DNA of 64,000 nt from Utricularia gibba (Eukaryota; Plantae; Magnoliophyta). Below, in pieces: positions 55,648 through 64,000 of this stretch (positions within the stretch are counted from its first letter, which is position 1; every line of letters starts with the position of its first letter). The stretch spans positions 558,001-622,000 of the forward strand of contig NEEC01000025.1 in assembly GCA_002189035.1 (NCBI GenBank). The letters run 5' to 3'. The notes beneath the pieces were generated by a model. That model saw nothing but the letters and a program-made list of their open reading frames with translations. It did not search any database and was not told where the DNA came from. Position numbers and translations under genes: made by a program.

Positions 55648-58510
55648 ATGATGTCAAGATCTTATACCAATCTTTTGGATTTAGCATCTGGAAATTTTCC
55701 TGTAATGGGTAGAGAGAAAGAAAGGAAAGGCTTTCCCCGGGTAATGACGGTGCCAGGGAACATCCTTGAGTTAGATGATGAGCATGCTGGTAGCGTTACT
55801 TCTGAAAACCCTTCTTCGATAGCAGGGGACCGAATGATTGTTGTCGCAAATCTTTTGCCTTTGAAGGCAAAAAGGAGGCCTGATAATAAGGGGTGGAGTT
55901 TTAGTTGGAATGAGGATTCTTTGCTCCTGCGGGTTAAAGATGGTTTTCCTGAAGAGATGGAGGTATTGTACGTGGGGTCGTTACATGTTGATGTGGATCC
56001 AATGGAGCAGGACGATGTAGCAAGTTATCTTTTGGACAAATTTAAATGTGTGCCTGCATTTTTGCCTCCCAATCTTTTGGAAAAATTCTACTACGGTTTT
56101 TGCAAAAAGCATTTGTGGCCACTTTTTCACTACATGCTACCATTTACTCCTGATCATGGAGGTAGATTTGATCGGTCCTTGTGGGAAGCTTATGTGTCTG
56201 CAAATAAGGTTTTCTCACAGAAAGTGATTGAGATCCTCAACCCTGAAGATGACTTTGTTTGGATTCACGACTATCATTTGATGGTTCTTCCCACCTTTTT
56301 GAGGCGGCGCTTTGTCTGCTTGAGAATGGGATTTTTCCTTCACAGTCCATTTCCTTCTTCTGACATATACAGATCACTCCCTGTTAGGGAAGAAATTCTC
56401 AAGGCATTACTCAACTCGGACCTCATTGGCTTTCATACATTTGATTATGCCCGCCATTTTCTTTCTTGTTGTAGTCGTATGCTGGGTCTAGAGTATCAAT
56501 CAAAACGGGGTTACATAGGGCTGGATTATTTTGGAAGGACTGTTGGAATAAAAATTATGCCCGTGGGTGTACATATGGGTCACATTGAGTCAGTGATCAG
56601 GCAAGCTGACAAAGATTTAATAGTGGAAGTACTAAAGAGCCAGTTCGAAGGTAAGACGGTCTTGCTTGGAGTTGATGATATGGATATATTTAAAGGTATC
56701 AATCTCAAACTTTTAGCTATGGAAGAGATGCTCAAGCAGCATCCGATTTGGCGAGGGAAGGCTGTCCTGGTGCAGATTGCAAATCCTGCCAGGGGGAAAG
56801 GTATTGATTTAGAGAATGTACAGGCTGAAATAGAAAAGAGCTGCAATAGAATCAATGAAGAACTTGGAGCCCCTGGATATGATCCAGTTGTTTTGATTAA
56901 CCGCTCTTTGTCAACCAGTGAAAGAATGGCGTACTACAGTATCGCTGAATGTGTTGTTGTAACTGCTGTGAGGGATGGGATGAATCTGACACCTTATGAA
57001 TACATTGTTTCCAGGCAAGGTGTCTCTGGGTTGGGTGTGGGGTCCGATCTGTGTGGACCCAAAAAAAGCATGCTTGTGGTTTCCGAGTTCATTGGATGCT
57101 CTCCTTCTCTTAGTGGTGCAATTCGCATCAATCCATGGAACGTTGAGTCCACATCGGAGGCTATGAATGAGGCCATATCAATGTCTGAATCAGAGAAAGA
57201 GATGAGGCATGAAAAACATTATCGATATGTTAGCACTCATGATGTTGCTTATTGGTCCAGAAGCTTTTTGCAAGACATGGAAAGAACTTGTGCTGATCAT
57301 TTCAGGAAAACATGCTGGGGCATTGGCCTAGGATTTGGATTTAGGGTGGTCGCTCTAGATCCTAATTTCCGAAAGCTATCGACAGTTGATATTGTAGATG
57401 CTTACACTAATTCTTCAAGCAGGGCTATTTTACTGGACTATGATGGGACATTGATGTCTCAGAATTCGATTATAAAGGCTCCAGGTGCCCAAGTTATCTC
57501 TCTACTGAACAGTTTATGTGCTGATCCCAGAAACATAGTTTTTATGGTGAGTGGAAGAGGAAAGAGTATTTTAAGCAAGTGGTTTCAACCTTGCAAGAAA
57601 ATTGGACTTGCTGCAGAGCATGGCTACTTCTTGCGGTATGACTTTTATGTTTATTTCGTTAAATTTTTGTGAAGAACACCACGAGTCTGGGGTCACTCTG
57701 CACGTGATTAACAGGAAAACTTTGAGAAGCACTCTGGTGTCTTGCTTTTTCTTAGTAATTTCTCCTGTATTTACTTTCGCAAGTTTGCGTTCCTGTTGAT
57801 GAATTTCAGATTGCCACAGCAAGAGGAATGGGTGACTTATAGCCAAGGTTCTGACTTTGGATGGATGGAAATGGCAGAACCTGTTATGAAGTCATATACA
57901 GAGGCTACTGATGGTTCAGGGATTGAGAGGAAAGAAAGTGCTTTGGTTTGGCATTACTGTGACGCAGATCCTGGATTTGGTTTCTCCCAGGCAAAAGAAA
58001 TGTTAGATCATTTGGAGAGCGCATTGGCAAATGAACCTGCTTCGGTTAAAAGTGGGAAGTTCATTATAGAAGTCAAGCCACAGGCATGTCTCATGACTAT
58101 TCTTTTGTCCACGTTTTTTTTGGCTCATGTCATCAGCCTTTTTCTTCTCTCATAAATGGCCGTTAATTACCTTACTTTTTGTTATGCTCAGTTACTTTTT
58201 GTCGCTGCAGGGTGTCAGCAAAGGCATAGTTGCTGAAAAGGTTTTCACGTCAATGACCGAGAAAGGGAAACAGGCTGATTTTGTTCTATGCATTGGTGAT
58301 GACAGATCAGATGAGGATATGTTTGAACTTATTGGGACTGCCGTGTCTAGAGGGATTCTTTCCTATAAAACACAAGTATTTGCGTGTACCGTTGGGCAAA
58401 AACCAAGCAAGGCTAAGTATTATTTGGATGATTCCTTGGAAGTCATACAGATGCTCAGGTCCCTCGCTGATGCTAGTGAATGTCCGGATGATGAAACCAA
58501 TGACATATAA
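55648..58510 (+). CDS. TPS7: Class II trehalose-6-phosphate synthase/phosphatase, TPS7-like (exons 55648-57635, 57810-58083, 58211-58510)
   Basis: MMSRSYTNLLDLASGNFPVMGR...PRVMTVPG; WIHDYHLM; GFHTFDYARHF; LGVDDMD; LDYDGTL HAD motif; EVKPQ|GVSKG; CIGDDRSDEDMF. Confidence 0.95.
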
Positions 58511-59967
58511 GCCTCAGATGTTTGACCGCAGCGCTCCTTATACGAACCCATCTAGTCCCTCAAGGGGGACCTTACCGATAAACTCATGGAATCTCTTACA
58601 AGGATCATAGGCTAGATAATATGAACCAGGTGGGCTCTGAAATGCAGTGATGTAGTAGCATTTGTTGATTATCCTGAGAGGAGTTTTTGAAGTTGAAATC
58701 TGGTGTTCGATTGTTGCCCTGCTCTGCCGTTTGCCTTGGTTGTTTTTCTGGTGTCGCTATGGAGGTGATTCTGTGCTTCGAGCTGCAGGATCCATGTGCG
58801 ACTCATGTATTGACGTTCATAGAAAAGGTATGCATCTTGGGAAAATCATTCTGCTCACTGAACGGGGCGAATAGCTGGAATCCAAAAGCTCTTGGAATTG
58901 AAGAGGAACCGCTCTGCAAACCATTTAAATGACGTCAAAAGATAGAGCTTCCCAGCCTGAGATTAAAAAGGGCCATACAGAAGAAAAGAGCGCACCAAAA
59001 GTTCATTATTACCCTGACTGGAATCCAAAAGCAGAACCCTGGAATTGACATGGGTAATAGTATCAACATTCTCTCCCAACTCAATGGGAATGGCTGACAC
59101 TCGCATCCGTTGCTCATTTTTACCAGTAAACAGAATAGGGAGAGCATTTTTCTTGTATGTTTCCCTTGCCACAAATGGTTCCAAGCAAACACAACTGGAA
59201 TTTTGATTCAGCAGTTACTGCATTGTTTAGACAGAGAATTGAGGCGAATAGATGATAACTACTATTGAGGCTCATTGCCCTGGAAGGTATCTTCATTGAA
59301 AGATTAACAGCTGTCTGCTCCGCCATACGATAGAAATCTGTTTCATGCATAGGAACCAGGGTCGTATGACGAAAGGATACTCTCCTACTAAAACTATCTA
59401 GGAAGATTCATAAGTCACCAAGGAACGATATATGGAAGCTTTAGAAGCATGGTGGGATATCATGGGGAAAGATCATGATGAGATAGACCTTAAATCTTGG
59501 TGCAAAGCTGACAGTTGAAGGAAGAAGTGACATTATTTATTCTAGAAGGAAAGCTACTACTAAGAAAGACTAATGTTTAGTTAAGACATCATACCCTTGC
59601 TTGCTTTTGAAGGAAAGAAATCCCTTTTTTTTTTTTTCCGCAAGGATGCTGTTTTAAAAGAGACATCCATAAGGTATTATGATCCTGTATTTTGCTGTAG
59701 TTCTCTTTTCTTGATTCACAAACGGTAGAAAGAAGAAAATTGCTCTGAGGAACAAAGCAAGTCTTAATGGAACTACTTCTAGTTTGTAAGATTATGTTGT
59801 AAACAAGCCTTGTACTAATCTCATGTGAAAACACTTGACAATGATCGGCATTTGATGTCCATTGTTCAATATTGCCCTAAAAGAGATCAGATAACATGAT
59901 CACCCGTAAAGAGCAGGTAGTACTGTAAAACAAGATAATCCATAAAGACTGAACAGAACCCACAAAT

Positions 59968-61837
59968 CTAAAGTCTGCGCAGAATCAAGTGAGCACCGTG
60001 CTGAGGCTGAACTGTTATCTTCGAAAAAGGGGCGTGTGTGTAGGATGGAGAGAGTTCAAAAGAGAACTTCTGCAGAATCATGGAGATGACCGTTTTCGCT
60101 TCCAACAGCGCGAAAGTTTGTCCAATGCAAATGCGGGAGCCCCATCCGAAGGGAAAGAACAGCCCAGGGCTCTTCATCGCATTGCTAATTCCTTCGCTGA
60201 ACCTCTCTGGATTGAACTCCATGGCATCTTCACCCCATACTGTGGTATCGTGATGTAGAAAGATGATCGGCAATGACAATCTCACTCCGGCAGGTAATGT
60301 TAGCTTTCCCAACTTGGTTTCTTTTTTAAGTAGGCGTGCAAGAGCGACAACTGGTGGATATAACCTTAACACTTCATGCAGGATCATGTTCACCTGAAGT
60401 TGGAGGATCATGGGTTAGTTATGTGCGATGGATTATGTACTATTACCCTGGATTGAATCAAGTAGTGAGAATCACTCACCGTTTTCAGGTGATTCACTCC
60501 TTCATAATCTGGATTCTTCTTTCCAAATACACGCAGAACTTCTTCTCTGGCTTTGTGTTGCCATTCAGGATGTCGACTCAGTAAAACCAATGTCCACAAG
60601 ATCAGGACCGATGTTGTCTCCTGTCCTGCAAAGTAGAAAAGCTTGCATTCCTCTACGATGTCGCTGATGCTCATTCCGAAGCTCTTGTTTCCACGCTGCT
60701 CCATTTCTTGAAAGTTGGATTCCAGCATAAGAGTTAGCAAGTCGACATGAGTCACTTCCCCTGTCTTAATGGCCTTGATTCTGCGATCAATGAGACCACG
60801 AATCAAACCCTGTACTTCTCTCTCGATCGCATTCATCCTCCTGGTGGCTTTAGTGGGTAGGAATCTATAAAGATGAAGAACAGAAAGCATTTGAAGAGGT
60901 TCCGTTGCAAAAGACTTGCAATCCACTGGGATACTACACACTACCTTGAGCCTGGAACGTATAACGATCGCAGAGCCTTGAGCACATGATCTTCTAGTTC
61001 TCTCTGAAGTTCGAAAATCCTTCTACCATCTTCAAAGCTGCTGCCAAAAGCAGTTCTTGAAATGGCATCACTTGTTATGTTCTGCATGTACGGCCACACG
61101 TCCACCTCCCGGGAGCCATCTGAGGGCACAATCTTATCCCATTTGTTCAACACTTCTTCACAACTAAGAACGAAAGCTGGTATAGTCAACTGCAGGACAA
61201 GAGAAGCACCAAATCTCAAACCGGAACTCAGATATCAATCAGGAAAAGGCACATGTTTCTCGGATAACCTTGAGCTTCTCTATATGGAAAGCTGGGTTGA
61301 GAATCTTTCTGTGTTTAGCCCATTTTTCTCCTTCGTAGGTAACAACTCCCTGGAAAAGCAACCTTCCCGCGGGATTGCTGCCTACTGCAATCCCAAAAAT
61401 ATCTGGTTTGTTCATTATCTCCTTCACAAGTTCAGGTTCCGAGACAATAATAGAAGGCCTAGGTCCAAGCCAAAAGAAGCTATCTTTTCCTGCAAATCAA
61501 GAAGCAATTTTTTGACAAACCCAATCAAGATCCAAAAGTTCTCTTCGATGACATAACGCATACCATGAGTCTGAAAGATTTTGCAGAAAAAAGCAGCGAC
61601 CCTTTGCTCGATATTATCGTCTATATTGATGGGTTTTGTCTTGGCGTTCTCAGTAGCCTCATTCAGGTCCTTCAAATCCCCATACATGAAGGTATACGCG
61701 TTACCTTTGAGACCCTGTTTCCTCAACAACGCTTCCAGCCTCTTGGGTGTGATGTAAGCCCAGTTGGCTACCTTCCACAGATAAAACAGCACGACGACGG
61801 AGACAAGCGCAGGAAGAAATGCGGTGAGGACTTCCAT
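59968..61837 (-). CDS. CYP72A: Cytochrome P450 CYP72A subfamily, 5 exons
   Basis: Membrane anchor, [49 protein letters not shown] (ExxR), [16 protein letters not shown] heme motif; ATG at 61837 (MEVLTAF). Confidence 0.94.
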
Positions 61838-64000
61838 ACCCACTGTCTTGCGAGAGTCTCGTCTCCGATCATACAGCTCTATAAGAAGAAGAAGATGCTT
61901 CGAGGCAATCAGAAGATTTTCTAGTTCCGGAAGTCCAAAAACGATGAGCTATGCGATGACGCACAGATCATCCGTGTCTATCCAGACAATTCGTTTAAAT
62001 CTACGGCAGTTGAGCGTCATAAGATCCCTAAGGATGACTGTCTTGTCCTATTCGATTTCCATAAAACACACTCCATCTTCTCCAACTTTGCCTCTTCTTG
62101 CCCGAAAGCTAGGTTTCCACCGTCCCTGCAACTCTCTTCTCGGGGTCCCAACCGTGAAAAGAGGGTCTTCCTTAACCCGGCCATTAAAAAAGAAAGATTG
62201 GTTTTCAGCATACTTACGTATCGACAATCTTGTCGTTATTCAACGGTTAACCGTCATTTGTCCCTTAATCGCACTGCTAACTAATTCCTTCCCCGAACCT
62301 CTCTGGTTCCACTTCCATGGCGTCTTCTCCCGGTGATTAAGAAACGATGACGGTCGCGCAAATTACAGGAGTCAACCATAGTCCACACTCCACATCCGAC
62401 CCACATATCCATCGTTCATTCTCGCGGGCTTATCCTTGCTTGTGTCTCGTCTAGTCGGATGATTGGCTGATTATCCTTTTAAAACCAATCCCGGTTACAC
62501 TTTCTTCAGGCATTGGGAAGCACGATAACGCGCTGCTCTGCTATCGCAGCTGGTAGATTTGTCCAAAGATCCGACAAGGTGTATTGCGTTGCGCCTTGGG
62601 GTAATTACCGTTCGCACTTTTAGTGTTCTTACAGAAAAAAAAAGGACGCTGTTCGTTACATTTATGAATGGAGGAGCCGGAGGAGACATTAGAATAATCG
62701 GAAAACAGGGTGGGCGGTCGAGTTGCTTTAATCAAATCTAAGAAAATGTTTGTAACAAATCTACAAAATGAGAGAGACGGCGACGGGGGCAGAAGCAGAA
62801 CCCAGCCTTTTGCTCCGGCGAGGGTCCTACCTGCAATTATTTTCCTCTTGTAGGGTCCTTTTGGCAAATGAAAATTCCGTGTCTTGCTGCTTGTTTATGT
62901 TTTCCTTCCCCCACTACCGTCAGCAAATTTGACCAACTTCCCTATCTTGCTGTTTTCCTCTTGAGAACCAATGCGGCTGATTGGGATCCCCATTCCAATT
63001 GAAGTGCATTGCCCACGAGTTTAAGTTTGGGCTTTGAGATCATTGAAGTGCTGCAGTGTGGATGACGAGTGAAAGAAAAAAAAAAGTATCCCTTTTTGGC
63101 ATTTTCAAACATTGTGTGAAGCATCCAGACAGAGTAAAAACTGCAATAGTAGCACTGAAAGAGCTCTACTCGAGTCCCATAATTGTGAGTCTATTCGTCC
63201 ATAATGCTGTGATGTGATGTTACAGAGCTTGTTATGGTTAACTTGTTCACAGGGAGGGGGCCACAATGCTCATTTTTCACATGTATCACTGTGAAGGGTG
63301 AAAGGAAGATATGGTATCAGCAGTGAAAAGTAAAAGAGCATTAGGAGAAACACAGTCAAATGGATTGGAAAACGACACCACTAGTCTTCGATGGAGAGTG
63401 AAGTAATTTTGCTGAAAGCCACGGTACTTTTGAAGCATGCTTTTTTTTTTTTTTCCTAACACAAAGAAACAATGCAGGCAAAAGAAGAAAATGGAAGTTT
63501 GTTTAAATCAGATTGGAAGTGGGTTCCATATCCTGCCATGCCGTTGCAATTATGCTGTTTCTTCACAAAACACTTGGGATTTTGTCTTATGGGATCAAGA
63601 AATCTTTCACTGTTGTTTACTGACAGAGGCTGGTTTTTGCTTATTGCTTATAGATATTGTGTTGTGTCTTGTGATTGCGTATCTTGGCTCACTGTGTCAC
63701 AGTTCTGTGTCTGGTGTTGAGGGATTTGCAGACTGTTGAACAAAGTGTCCTAATTTGATACCAGGATTAACGTTTTTCACGATTTCTTATTGTGTCTGGT
63801 AGGCATCAAACAGATAACAGAAGAACAGTAACTTGTAAGGTGATGATTCAAGTGCAGAGCCATAATCAACAGAAACGAATCAAAGAGCATTGATTATAAC
63901 GCGTTCAAGATCTGGAAAATTGTAGCAATAGAAACAAGCAAACTGTTCGAAAGAGATACTGAAGCTTGAGCACTCTTTAACGGGGTGAGCATGGAGCTAG

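Noticed and set aside
62300-64000. Possible gene start or exons at the right end of the window
   Set aside because: Only short ORFs and isolated splice-like signals; no assignable protein.

Overview
Plant (eudicot) nuclear DNA that is very gene-dense: about 20 spliced or single-exon protein genes in 64 kb, short introns, and no recognisable retrotransposon or transposase ORF. In order the genes are a DIV-like MYB, a TMEM245-like membrane protein, histone H4, cytosolic aldolase, NF-YB, ADP/ATP carrier (AAC3-like), an SPL3/4/5-type SBP gene with a 3'UTR miR156 site, a group VIII ERF, DCAF13/SOF1, GLK, ACX3, a CIN-type TCP, C3-type PEPC, MAX2, a DUF688 protein, a class III peroxidase, a BIN2-like GSK3 kinase, mitochondrial Asp aminotransferase, TPS7 and a CYP72A. 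Three things are not visible from the ORF track. (1) Several spacers hold decayed gene remnants: a uridine kinase/UPRT pseudogene missing most of its kinase domain, an N-terminal KARI fragment, and a RALF peptide pseudogene about 0.3 kb downstream of an LRX pseudogene on the same strand, i.e. a ligand and binding-partner pair that both decayed. (2) Six conserved genes (ERF, DCAF13, GLK, TCP, PEPC, MAX2) are broken only by single-base losses in short homopolymers, mostly G/C runs. This points to long-read consensus error and hides an EAR motif, a GCT box and a complete TCP gene. (3) A Mutator-like MITE lies about 300 bp upstream of the SPL gene. All family assignments come from manual translation and recalled motifs; no database search was run.
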